Positions 1 through 9,158 are shown, counted from the first letter of the stretch. The stretch: DNA of 26,531 bases from Thermoproteota archaeon (GCA_046733815.1 JBKPPX010000296.1:1-26531); one strand, 5' to 3'. The notes: generated from the letters alone by a model not told the origin. A program made the numbers and translations.

Positions 1-19
1 AGATGTGTATAAGAGACAG
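1..19 (+). other. Tn5 mosaic end / Nextera adapter remnant (library artefact)
   Basis: Exact AGATGTGTATAAGAGACAG at the very start of the window. Confidence 0.97.
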
Positions 20-57
20 CAATAAAATCGTCCTTAAGCAGTTAAAGATGTACTTCG

Positions 58-870
58 ATGGAGATCCAGGATATTCATAGTAGAGCGCTTGCCGAGACAA
101 TCTTCAAACGTAGTATATTTTATAGCCTGTACGAACGACGACTTGAATCAGAAATTGTAAGAAATTCACTTCCTAATCACATTGCGATCATCCTAGACGG
201 AAATAGAAGATGGGCAAGATACCATTTTGTTGGTTTGAAAAATGGTCATTTAATAGGTGCAGACAAGGCAGAGGAGCTTTTGAATTGGATCCATGATCTA
301 GGAATTAAGATAACAACTCTGTATGTATTGTCAAATGAAAATTTAGAGAGAAGAGGAGAAGAAATCGATACTATTTATAAATTGCTACAAATTAAATTAG
401 AAAAATTATACAATGATTCTCGGATCCATAGAAGGCAGATGAAGATAAAGGCAATAGGAAATATTAAAATATTGCCAAAGGAACTGCAAGAAATTCTGAG
501 CAAGTTAGAACGTGAGACTGCAAATTACAATAACATGTTTTTGAATATAGCCATCGCCTACGGAGGACAGAAAGAGCTTGTTGATGCTATAAAAAAAATT
601 GCAACGATGGCAAAAGCTGGCGATATACATGTGGATGATATAGATGAAACTCTAATTGAATCCTGTTTATATACATCACATTTGCCTCAGCCAGAACCCG
701 ATTTGATATTGAGAACATCAGGTGAAAAGCGTCTTAGTGGGTTTCTAATATGGCAGAGCGCGTATAGTGAATTAGTATTCATGGATGTGTTTTGGCCTGA
801 ATTTCGTAAAATTGATCTCATGAGAGCAATCAGGACTTATCAACGTAGAATAAGGCGATTTGGAAAATGA
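58..870 (+). CDS. uppS: cis-prenyltransferase (polyprenyl/undecaprenyl diphosphate synthase)
   Basis: HIAIILDGNRRWA, H..GA, LSNENLER, AIAYGG and RTSGEKRLSGFLIWQSAYSEL motifs. Confidence 0.96.
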   Translation: MEIQDIHSRALAETIFKRSIFYSLYERRLESEIVRNSLPNHIAIILDGNRRWARYHFVGLKNGHLIGADKAEELLNWIHDLGIKITTLYVLSNENLERRGEEIDTIYKLLQIKLEKLYNDSRIHRRQMKIKAIGNIKILPKELQEILSKLERETANYNNMFLNIAIAYGGQKELVDAIKKIATMAKAGDIHVDDIDETLIESCLYTSHLPQPEPDLILRTSGEKRLSGFLIWQSAYSELVFMDVFWPEFRKIDLMRAIRTYQRRIRRFGK

Positions 871-941
871 TATTTTGATGCCGTTACACGTGCTTCGTAT
901 CATTTATTAATTACAAAACAGAGAGAAATGAAGTATAGAAT

Positions 942-1142
942 ATGCCTGAGCATGGCGATTATAATGAAGAATTACTCAGATGGTATTGTAGCTACTGGAT
1001 AACAGCGGAAGAATGGGAAGATATTCATGATTACGCACCTTCGTCTTTTTTGGACCTGGCTACTGATAAAAAGACTAGTGATGATCATAAACGAACAAAA
1101 ACACAGAGACAACAGGAATTAACACAAAGCAGCAAAAACTAA
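942..1142 (+). CDS. Small hypothetical protein
   Basis: 66-aa ATG ORF filling the gap between two co-oriented genes; no motif recognised. Confidence 0.45.
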   Translation: MPEHGDYNEELLRWYCSYWITAEEWEDIHDYAPSSFLDLATDKKTSDDHKRTKTQRQQELTQSSKN

Positions 1143-1179
1143 CAATTCGTAATAAGTCGAAAGGAGTTAGATAAAACTA

Positions 1180-1623
1180 GTGAATATGAAAGGACCGGCA
1201 AAAGAACGCTCGGCTGGGGCAGTAGTATTTAATTTGGATAGCACAATAGGCGAAATAGAGTACTTATTATTAAATTATACAGCCGGTCATTGGGATTTTC
1301 CAAAAGGTAATATAGAAGTTGGAGAGGATGAAATTCAGACAGCACGTCGAGAAATACGTGAAGAGACCGGAATAGACGACATTGAGTTCTTCAAAGATTT
1401 TAAGAACAAAATACAATACTATTATAGGCATGATCAAAGACTAATTCAAAAAGAAGTTATCTTCTTTATAGCGAGAACAAACATCAAACAAGTTAGATTA
1501 TCACATGAGCATAATGCATATTCATGGGGAGTATATGACAAGGCATTGGCTTTGCTCACTTATAAGAATGCGAAAAAAGTTCTTATTGAGGTGCAAGGCT
1601 TTTTAGAAAAAAATTCTCTATGA
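1180..1623 (+). CDS. NUDIX hydrolase, Ap4A hydrolase-like
   Basis: Perfect Nudix box GNIEVGEDEIQTARREIREETGI preceded by HWDFPK; LSHEH near the C-terminus. GTG start at 1180, alternative ATG at 1186. Confidence 0.92.
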   Translation: MNMKGPAKERSAGAVVFNLDSTIGEIEYLLLNYTAGHWDFPKGNIEVGEDEIQTARREIREETGIDDIEFFKDFKNKIQYYYRHDQRLIQKEVIFFIARTNIKQVRLSHEHNAYSWGVYDKALALLTYKNAKKVLIEVQGFLEKNSL

Positions 1624-1625
1624 TA

Positions 1626-2384
1626 CTACACATTAGTAGAGATCTGCTGCTTTATCTTTCTAACTACCTGTAAAGGATCTTTGGATTCAATTATAGACCG
1701 ACCTATAATAAAAAAACTTGTACCATTTTTAGCGGCCTTTGCTATTTCGCCGCCTTGCTTACCTATTCCTGGTGAATAGATTGGTATTCTCGTAAGACCG
1801 GATAATTCCTTGAGGATTTTATATTGTGTGGCGCCAATTATAATGCCGTCGACATGAGATTTAGATGCATAATCAAAAAATAGCTTGTACATCTGACTGA
1901 CGTTCTGACTAGCAGTCACCTGTTTTTTATCAATTACATTTACGCCGAATCCTTGTTCTGCTCCTGGATGACTCATATAGACTAATGCAATAATTCCAAA
2001 GTTAATCTTATGAGCTAGTTTTGAAGCAAGTCGCAATTCATCATTTCCCATAAATGGATTTACTATTACAGCATCAAATTTCATGATCGATAGATATTCT
2101 ATAGCGATCTCATTTGTGCTTCTGATATCATTTAATTTTAAATCTGCAATAGATACTAAACCGTAGCGATGGGCTAGTCTATTTATCTCAGTTAATTCAG
2201 AAAAAGAAAGAGGCAATATAAGATGAAAATTCATTTTAATTGCACAGATATGATGCTGCAAGAGGCTGATCATAGATTTAACAAAATTTTTTAAATCCTT
2301 TCGTGGAGTGGCATCAAGAGCTAAAATGATGTGGCTCTTTTTTCTTTTTGAACTATTAATGATTCTCTGACGATATGAATTCGA
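1626..2384 (-). CDS. pyrF: Orotidine-5'-phosphate decarboxylase (start codon unresolved)
   Basis: Catalytic DLKLND, plus SPGIG and IIGRSI. The frame stays open upstream of the ATG at 2273 and encodes the expected N-terminal IILALD strand, but there is no ATG/GTG/TTG upstream. Confidence 0.93.
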   Translation of the reverse strand, partial: SNSYRQRIINSSKRKKSHIILALDATPRKDLKNFVKSMISLLQHHICAIKMNFHLILPLSFSELTEINRLAHRYGLVSIADLKLNDIRSTNEIAIEYLSIMKFDAVIVNPFMGNDELRLASKLAHKINFGIIALVYMSHPGAEQGFGVNVIDKKQVTASQNVSQMYKLFFDYASKSHVDGIIIGATQYKILKELSGLTRIPIYSPGIGKQGGEIAKAAKNGTSFFIIGRSIIESKDPLQVVRKIKQQISTNV

Positions 2385-2385
2385 T

Positions 2386-3099
2386 TTATTCGTTTATTCC
2401 CACCAGCGGATGTGCATTCGCTAATCTAATCAATTTGAGATAAATATATCCATGCTCATCTAACCTGCCACAAAAAGATGGTTGTTCGATTTTCTGGCTA
2501 GAATATCGTAAAAAATGATCTTTAGGTTCTTCATTGAGAATTACATAGTAAAAGTAAGATTTAGTTTCAGATTCATTCAAACTCATCGTAGCTCCTACAA
2601 TAAGCCTTGAATTGCTATGATTAACGGTGCTCCCATTACGGTTATGGTCTTTGAAAAGAAACAAAGGTAAAGGTGGCTCGTCATATATTGTTTTATAAGC
2701 AGCAACTTTTGCAAGACTAGAGAGGTCCTTTAACCTTATCGCCAAATAGCCTGATTTTTTTTGCACACGAGCTATTTTTGCCAAAGCAGGAGGAAATTTG
2801 TCTATATTTATAATCGGAGAATAAACAAAAGAAGGATTGACAATAGAGTCCACTACCATAACTTCTTCGATTCCTCCAATGATTCTATATGCAAGATATT
2901 GTCCGTCTCGATGTTGTGGGCTATGTACAAAATAAATTACTGGCCTACCATCGATGAAATCAGTCTGAACTGCAAATATATATTCGTTATTCATTAACAA
3001 TGAGAAAGCTGGTAAAGGAGCACGTTCTAGTGCACATACTAGTCTGCCGAAATCTTTCATATCAGATAATTCTACATAACAGGGATATTTCAGTCGCAA
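2386..3099 (-). CDS. Hypothetical protein
   Basis: 237-aa TTG-start ORF of globular composition; its stop directly abuts the extended pyrF frame. Confidence 0.8.
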   Translation of the reverse strand: MRLKYPCYVELSDMKDFGRLVCALERAPLPAFSLLMNNEYIFAVQTDFIDGRPVIYFVHSPQHRDGQYLAYRIIGGIEEVMVVDSIVNPSFVYSPIINIDKFPPALAKIARVQKKSGYLAIRLKDLSSLAKVAAYKTIYDEPPLPLFLFKDHNRNGSTVNHSNSRLIVGATMSLNESETKSYFYYVILNEEPKDHFLRYSSQKIEQPSFCGRLDEHGYIYLKLIRLANAHPLVGINE

Positions 3100-3192
3100 T
3101 TTATATAACTATTCATTAAATGAATACTATTAAAATCATCCGCAGGGATTGGGACTAAAATTATTACTTGGGAAAAGCAAACAATAGATGAG

Positions 3193-3588
3193 ATGAATGA
3201 CTCGGACATAAAAAATAAAATTAGACACTTGCTAAATCTTGCAATTATAAATCTTGATAGCTGCTCTTCAGCTGGCAATGATAGCTCTATGCTATTATGG
3301 CGCGCTTATGTTAATATTGAATATGCCATTTTGATTTTGAAATTAACTTATAACAATAATAACAGTAAGAATGAAATTCAGCCACAATCTATGGCAAACA
3401 ACAGAAATTCCAAAGATGCAATTGTGACAAAGAGTATGATGAATTCCCAAGATAAAAATGATTTAATTAAAAGACTTAAATTTATTCTTCAGCATCTGAA
3501 TTTTCAAGATAAAAAATTGTTACTAAGGCAACTGAGATTACACAGAAACCTTATAAAAAATTGGTTGCAAAAAAAAGAGTATCAATAG
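3193..3588 (+). CDS. Hypothetical helical protein
   Basis: 131-aa ORF in an otherwise empty interval; central Asn/Ser-rich linker. Confidence 0.65.
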   Translation: MNDSDIKNKIRHLLNLAIINLDSCSSAGNDSSMLLWRAYVNIEYAILILKLTYNNNNSKNEIQPQSMANNRNSKDAIVTKSMMNSQDKNDLIKRLKFILQHLNFQDKKLLLRQLRLHRNLIKNWLQKKEYQ

Positions 3589-3636
3589 TATGATAGTGTA
3601 ATATCATGGGCCCTGATCCAAAATCTGAGTGCTCTC

Positions 3637-4662
3637 TCAGTGTTCTGCCCGACGATCAATTGTATTGTTCAATTCAGCACCTGTTCCTATTAATACAACT
3701 TTTACTCCTGTCTCGGCTTCTATATTTTGAATAAATTCTTTCGCTTCATATGACAACTTGTTAAATTCCCTTATACTTCCATCTTCCGGGAAAATGACAT
3801 CGAGCTTAGTAACGGCCAGTTGTGTAGCACTATTCAATCTTATGGCTTTCTTTGCTAGGTTCATATCAAACGGTGATGCTCTTCTCTCTCTGCCTGTAAC
3901 GCTTCCATATTCAAGCCACCCCCTTTTCTTTGCCTCCTCGCGACTAACCTCATTTTGCAACGGACCGCCTCCAACACGTGTGACATAAGATTTGAATACA
4001 ACAAGTACTTCATCTATCTTTTTCGGACCGATACCAACATCCGAACATATTCCTGAAGCAGTCACATCCTTAGAGGTTACATATGGATATTCACCATAAT
4101 AGAGAGATAGGAAGGTACCTTGAGTACCCTCCACAATCACATTTTCTTTGTTGTCCAAGGCGTAATTAACAGAGGCGCTTACATCTTCAAGATATAAAGA
4201 CAGCTCATTAATATCTCGAGCAAGGCTTAGGAGTCGAGAAGCACGATCGGCGTTTGCGGGGCCTGTTCCACTTCCTGTCGTACCTATAAAGGCTTTAAAG
4301 TGGTTCTGTACAGTATCTTTTTCTATGTGTTTTTGATCAATTATTCCGCACTGGGCGTCAATAAAGGTCCTATCGCCTGCATTGAATATTTCTATTTCTT
4401 TTAGTAATATATCAGGATTAATCAGAACGCCCGCACCTATCAACAATCGCGTCGAGAGGTTTATTGCTGCACTAGGCAACATTCTAACTTTGTAAATTTT
4501 ACCTTCGTGAACGAATGTATGGCCTGCGTTAGGCCCTACTCCGCCTCTAACAGCAATTGAATAGTTATCTTTTTTGGCAAGATATGCTATTATTTTTCCC
4601 TTACCTTCATCGCCATAGAATCCTCCAACTGTTACAATAGATGGCATATAAAATCGGTTCAA
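3637..4662 (-). CDS. purA: Adenylosuccinate synthetase (short archaeal form)
   Basis: GGFYGDEGKGK, GPNAGHT, GTTGSGTGPA, EGTQG, YPYVTS, TRVGGGP, TGRERR and TKLD motifs. Likely start is the ATG at 4647 (MPSIV). Confidence 0.98.
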   Translation of the reverse strand: MNRFYMPSIVTVGGFYGDEGKGKIIAYLAKKDNYSIAVRGGVGPNAGHTFVHEGKIYKVRMLPSAAINLSTRLLIGAGVLINPDILLKEIEIFNAGDRTFIDAQCGIIDQKHIEKDTVQNHFKAFIGTTGSGTGPANADRASRLLSLARDINELSLYLEDVSASVNYALDNKENVIVEGTQGTFLSLYYGEYPYVTSKDVTASGICSDVGIGPKKIDEVLVVFKSYVTRVGGGPLQNEVSREEAKKRGWLEYGSVTGRERRASPFDMNLAKKAIRLNSATQLAVTKLDVIFPEDGSIREFNKLSYEAKEFIQNIEAETGVKVVLIGTGAELNNTIDRRAEH

Positions 4663-4726
4663 AGAAGTGGCTATTTAATCCTAATTTTGTTATACAACGT
4701 TTGATGTCTTGTTTTAAGCTTTTATA

Positions 4727-5212
4727 ATGAAATATAGAGAGTATATCTCTGTGTCAGTCGATCAAAAAGCTTCTGTTGACATTCTGCAGATTGTGGCGAA
4801 CCTTCCGGAGTTCTTAAGAAAGCCGATAATAACAAAAAAGCTCAACGAATTCTATTCGCTAGACGAACCGAGCAAGTTTGAAACAATATCTATGATCCTA
4901 AGAGGTAGCTCTTCAATTGAATCAAATAAGTTATATCCATTGATAAAAACCTGGCTAGAGATTTTAACAGAATTAGAAAGTAATCAAGTAACTGAAATAT
5001 TTAGAGTCTATTGTGAAGTTTTGCTCATTAATAATATTTGTTTAGAGAAATTGAATATTAGGCCTCTCGTTGATGCCTACCTAAAGCTTGAAAACAAGAA
5101 CAAGAAGAAATTGTCGGACTGTTTGAAAGAAGTAATTTTCTTATTTCCCAATAGGACAGAAATTACTAAGGCAATCCCACAATTGATCTTAGAACAGCTC
5201 AAAATTGTATAG
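4727..5212 (+). CDS. Hypothetical helical protein
   Basis: 161-aa ATG ORF, amphipathic-helix composition. Confidence 0.75.
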   Translation: MKYREYISVSVDQKASVDILQIVANLPEFLRKPIITKKLNEFYSLDEPSKFETISMILRGSSSIESNKLYPLIKTWLEILTELESNQVTEIFRVYCEVLLINNICLEKLNIRPLVDAYLKLENKNKKKLSDCLKEVIFLFPNRTEITKAIPQLILEQLKIV

Positions 5213-5218
5213 ATTTAT

Positions 5219-5479
5219 CTAAGGTTGAGGCCTTTTCTCAGGATTCTTTTGTAGCTCACCTTCTCCTTTTTCTAGTCCAAAGAAAACCTTTTCATATTTT
5301 CGGAGGAGTTTTCTATGTTCTGGTAACGACATATCTAGTCTCATTTCATTCATAACCATTACTGCCTGAGTTGTCCACTCTTTCCAACAATCGGCACAAG
5401 AAGGATATTTTTCAGCAGATGGATCATCGACAGTCTTTTCATCAAATGCTTTACCACACTTTAGACAGCTTTTTGTCAT
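5219..5479 (-). CDS. yggX: YggX-like Fe(II)-trafficking / Fe-S protection protein with two CxxC motifs
   Basis: W..W....M..NE..L.M...EHRKLL pattern of the YggX family; CLKC and CADC. Confidence 0.8.
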   Translation of the reverse strand: MTKSCLKCGKAFDEKTVDDPSAEKYPSCADCWKEWTTQAVMVMNEMRLDMSLPEHRKLLRKYEKVFFGLEKGEGELQKNPEKRPQP

Positions 5480-6000
5480 CTCAGAATTATATTTGAAGCG
5501 GTCGTTATTTTATTCTTTATTCTTCACGCCGTAGGATACTAAGAGGACTTTTGATATGTTTTTAGAATTATATTACTTTCTTTCTTTCTTTCCCTTCGTA
5601 CTCTTTTCTCTCAATTTCATCAAGCTAATGCCAATATTGTATGTATATCTAAAGGAATAAGAAAAGATCATCGCAATACAGTGTTTTGCAGTCAACTATA
5701 ATATCAGCTGAATCGCTGGTTATAGATACTGTATTCATTGCTGAAGTTTAGAAGATTCGCTATCAATCTCTAATTATATACAATATTCAGATCAATTGCT
5801 TTACGAAGAAATGAAACATTTTGGTAAAAAGATCATCTTTATTTATGGATTGAACGCATAAATTAAAGAAGGTCAAAAAGAGGACATGAAGTTTGTTCTA
5901 AATCAATAAACTAATATTCATCTTCTCAATGGTGCTTAATTTTTGCCAGTTATGTATATGGCTAGTAAAATAAAAAAAGTGGAGTGATTACGGTTCTTGA

Positions 6001-7191
6001 TTATCCTGTTGTATTTTGGGCTTGTTGTTCAACCATTGTTGCTGGTGCGCCGCTTTCCGTCATCGTTGCTGATTGTGTTCCAGTTTGATTGCCTGTCATT
6101 AATGGTTGCACCGTTGCCAATGTTGAATTACTGGCCACTACACTTGAGCTGCCTTTCGGAGCTACTGCTGTGCCTGGTGGTTGGTCTGTTAGAGTTGAGT
6201 TGTTTGCAGCAACCACTGCAAGTGCACCACCCTTGTATACATCCTTCATAGCATGGTCAACACCTACATAGACGCCCTCTTCTGGAAATGTGGTTTCAAT
6301 TACAGAACCTGAGCCTGCCGGGATCCACCATGTTTCATCATTTAGCAATGTAGTGCCATATCTGTTCTTGATAAAGCCATCGCGTACTGCGTCAAGCATA
6401 CCGGAGATGAAATGGAATGCTACTCCGTCACTGGGGCCATAGTCTAGAACATACCATCTTGTCAATTCACCTGGTTTGACCTTGAAGGGTTGGGCATCAG
6501 GATTAAGGACAACTTTGACTTCTTCACCGATGGAGGGTACATATTTGTGAGCCATACCATTAGTCAGAACGAGAGTTGCATTGCCGTTGAGGAATTTTTG
6601 CAAATCAAATGACCCTGCTTTAGAAGCGTCGGCTACATCACTATAGATTTCACCAAATGCCAAATAGAACTCTTTTGCTGGTTTTTCATTCTGAGGATGT
6701 ACTACAATTCCGCCGGCCATACCATTTGCAATATGTTCCCATACACCAAATAATCCGTCAGCACCGCAGTGATACAAGAAGAAACCTGGAGTATTAGCAT
6801 GTAACGTATATGTCTTTGATTCGCCTGGTTTTACATTACCTGATACCACGTTACTTGGGCCAATTCCTGCATGGAAGTCCATACTATGGATGACTTTACC
6901 ATCATTTCTGATTGTAATTTCCAGTGTGTCACCTTGATCAACTGCAACTACCGGACCTGGGATTGTACCATTCCAGACCATCGCATTGTATCTAACCCCG
7001 CCCGGATGAAGGGCGTTATCAGGAGCCACTTGGACTTCTTTTTCACTTCCGATTAATAGAACTTTTTTTGTAACACCTGTAGATTGTACTTGCGCTGCTG
7101 CGCCTGGAATTCCTCCCGAATTAAAAGGAGCAAAAATGAATCCTGCTATCAGAACACCCGCAATTATACCTGCGATAACGACGTTGTTCAT
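6001..7191 (-). CDS. nirK: Copper-containing nitrite reductase (AOA type)
   Basis: N-terminal hydrophobic anchor. HSMDFH, YHC...HIANGM, AFHF and VDHAM supply the type-1 (H,C,H,M) and type-2 (H,H,H) Cu ligands plus the catalytic Asp/His. Confidence 0.92.
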   Translation of the reverse strand: MNNVVIAGIIAGVLIAGFIFAPFNSGGIPGAAAQVQSTGVTKKVLLIGSEKEVQVAPDNALHPGGVRYNAMVWNGTIPGPVVAVDQGDTLEITIRNDGKVIHSMDFHAGIGPSNVVSGNVKPGESKTYTLHANTPGFFLYHCGADGLFGVWEHIANGMAGGIVVHPQNEKPAKEFYLAFGEIYSDVADASKAGSFDLQKFLNGNATLVLTNGMAHKYVPSIGEEVKVVLNPDAQPFKVKPGELTRWYVLDYGPSDGVAFHFISGMLDAVRDGFIKNRYGTTLLNDETWWIPAGSGSVIETTFPEEGVYVGVDHAMKDVYKGGALAVVAANNSTLTDQPPGTAVAPKGSSSVVASNSTLATVQPLMTGNQTGTQSATMTESGAPATMVEQQAQNTTG

Positions 7192-7392
7192 TGACGCGAG
7201 GTAAGTTTATTCCCTATTAAAACCTAACCTTTTAAATCATAAACTACTCATAATAAACTATCATAGAGAGATTACTTAATACTAGACAATTATTGCTGTA
7301 ACAAAATAATGTTAAGAGTGATGTTTGTTTAATTGGTGCATTAATAATAGCAACTATTTTTTAGTGGGTGAGGCCTATATATTATAAATTAC

Positions 7393-7833
7393 TTGAGGCT
7401 CTTCCAAAAGAAAAAAACCATATACTGTTCTAACTGTAATAAGGAGCTCAAATATAAATATAAACCGGCCAAAGAATGGAATATAGAAGGTTATTTATGT
7501 GGAGACTGTCATATCGACAAAACAAAGGAATTTATCGCTAGAAAGCAACAATATGAAGAAACTCCCGACAACTGTGTAATATGTGAAAAAGAACTTAAAT
7601 CTGAATCAGAAAAAAAGAAACCTCGATGGCAATGGAATATGGATTCAGGAAGGTTATTGTGTACTGATTGTTTTAAGAAGAAAGAATTGAGTTATGAAGA
7701 AAGGCAGAATTTTTGTTCTATGTGCAACAAAAAAATAGGATTCATACGTTATAATCCCAAACCCAAGTGGAAAATAGATGGACAACTATGCAAAAATTGT
7801 TGGGATAACAGAAATAAAAAGGCGGTGCAATAA
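7393..7833 (+). CDS. Protein with three tandem (CxxC...W...G.LCxxC) Zn-finger repeats
   Basis: Six CxxC motifs in three homologous repeats; TTG start. Confidence 0.85.
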   Translation: MRLFQKKKTIYCSNCNKELKYKYKPAKEWNIEGYLCGDCHIDKTKEFIARKQQYEETPDNCVICEKELKSESEKKKPRWQWNMDSGRLLCTDCFKKKELSYEERQNFCSMCNKKIGFIRYNPKPKWKIDGQLCKNCWDNRNKKAVQ

Positions 7834-7838
7834 CAGGT

Positions 7839-8060
7839 TTGTTTAAGAGACATATCTGTGAAAGGTGTGGAAGGAAGTTTAGGAAGATGGAGGAAATAAT
7901 GCAGCACACACAACTTATACATGGTAATCCTTTATATGACTGTAAGAAGTGCAATTTGAGCTTTGAGGGAATGGAACAAATGCGTGATCACATTAAGAGA
8001 TTCCACTCCTACAATAAAATCGTAGAACAGAGAAATAATAAAAAAAGTAATAATGATTAA
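7839..8060 (+). CDS. Small protein with two C2H2 zinc fingers
   Basis: CERC..KF.....I.QH...IH and CKKC..SF.....M.DH...FH; 5 bp after the previous gene. Confidence 0.88.
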   Translation: MFKRHICERCGRKFRKMEEIMQHTQLIHGNPLYDCKKCNLSFEGMEQMRDHIKRFHSYNKIVEQRNNKKSNND

Positions 8061-8644
8061 CTAATTATTTAGGATACTTAGAACTCGGTGAAGTGTTGTA
8101 TTTAATTGGGGCAGTATTATGCTATGCTATTACAATTAGAAGTTCTGAACTAATCGACACCCTGTAGATAATATTTCAAGTACTATATTAGACGTTTATA
8201 TGATCACAACGATAAACACCATTTTTACTACAAGAACATTCAATGATATTCCAGTAATAAACCCCTGTAGACATAATTGTGATTTGATAAAGGCATTTTT
8301 AACACAAAATTACGCAAATAGATATGTGGAACTTGAATAATATAACTATTATTATTGCACATCCTCTAGTTACATGCATCTTCTATAATTGTAGGATAAA
8401 AGAGAGAAAACATATCTGTATGTGACGATACTTTTCTTGTAGAAACTAATTGTTTTAATCTAGCCAATATACGATCGAAAGTATTGAAAATATCTTTAAT
8501 TGTTTTGTACTTCTTTTATATTGGGAATTGTGCTTTTTCATGCTTGAACAGTATAATTTTATTTGTATATTGAATATGAGTTAAAGAAGATTCCACAATA
8601 TTTAATAAAAACAAACTTTATTTTCTCATCAGGTATTTTGTGTT

Positions 8645-8989
8645 ATGAAGAAAATCGAGGCCGTAATTCCGCATGCTAGACTTGGAAGTGCATTTGCAGC
8701 CATGGAAGAACTTAAACTAGGCGGTCTGACATATTATGAGTCAAAGGGCAGAGGACAAATTCCTAGACCTGAAATGCATTCAGGAAGAGGCACTTCGACG
8801 TATAGACCAGAGTTTAATGTAAATGCGACGGTGGTAATAATAGTTAAGGATTCTATGGTAGATAAGGTTGTAGAAAAGATTCTTAGCAGTACAAGTACAG
8901 GTCTTGCAGGAGAGGGCAAGATTTTTGTATCGGATGTCGACGACGCAGTAGATATAGGATCAAAACAACGGGGAGAATCCGCTGTTTAA
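8645..8989 (+). CDS. glnB: P-II family signal transduction protein (non-canonical)
   Basis: MKKIEAVI start, KG.G, T-loop, TG..GEGKIFVSDV; 114 aa. Confidence 0.93.
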   Translation: MKKIEAVIPHARLGSAFAAMEELKLGGLTYYESKGRGQIPRPEMHSGRGTSTYRPEFNVNATVVIIVKDSMVDKVVEKILSSTSTGLAGEGKIFVSDVDDAVDIGSKQRGESAV

Positions 8990-9023
8990 AGGCGTTAGAT
9001 GAATTGAATCGAAGAGTATTTTA

Positions 9024-9158
9024 TTAATCTGTCTTTAGTATATCGTCAATAACTTGAGCGGCATTGAGCATACCTTTGGTTTTTGCATAATTTTCTATAA
9101 ACTTCAATTGCTCTTGTGAGAAACATACGGGCATTGTTTTTTCACTATTATCACTCAT
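9024..9158 (-). CDS. Small ribbon-helix-helix/CopG-like protein
   Basis: MPVCFSQEQLKFIENYAKTKGM.NAAQVIDDIL has a strand-helix-helix pattern. The ATG at 9158 is preferred over the ORF start at 9218. Confidence 0.55.
   Translation of the reverse strand: MSDNSEKTMPVCFSQEQLKFIENYAKTKGMLNAAQVIDDILKTD

Noticed and set aside
8160-8271. CCCTGTAGA repeated 103 bp apart upstream of P-II
   Set aside because: Only two 9-bp copies; not a CRISPR array or a convincing operator
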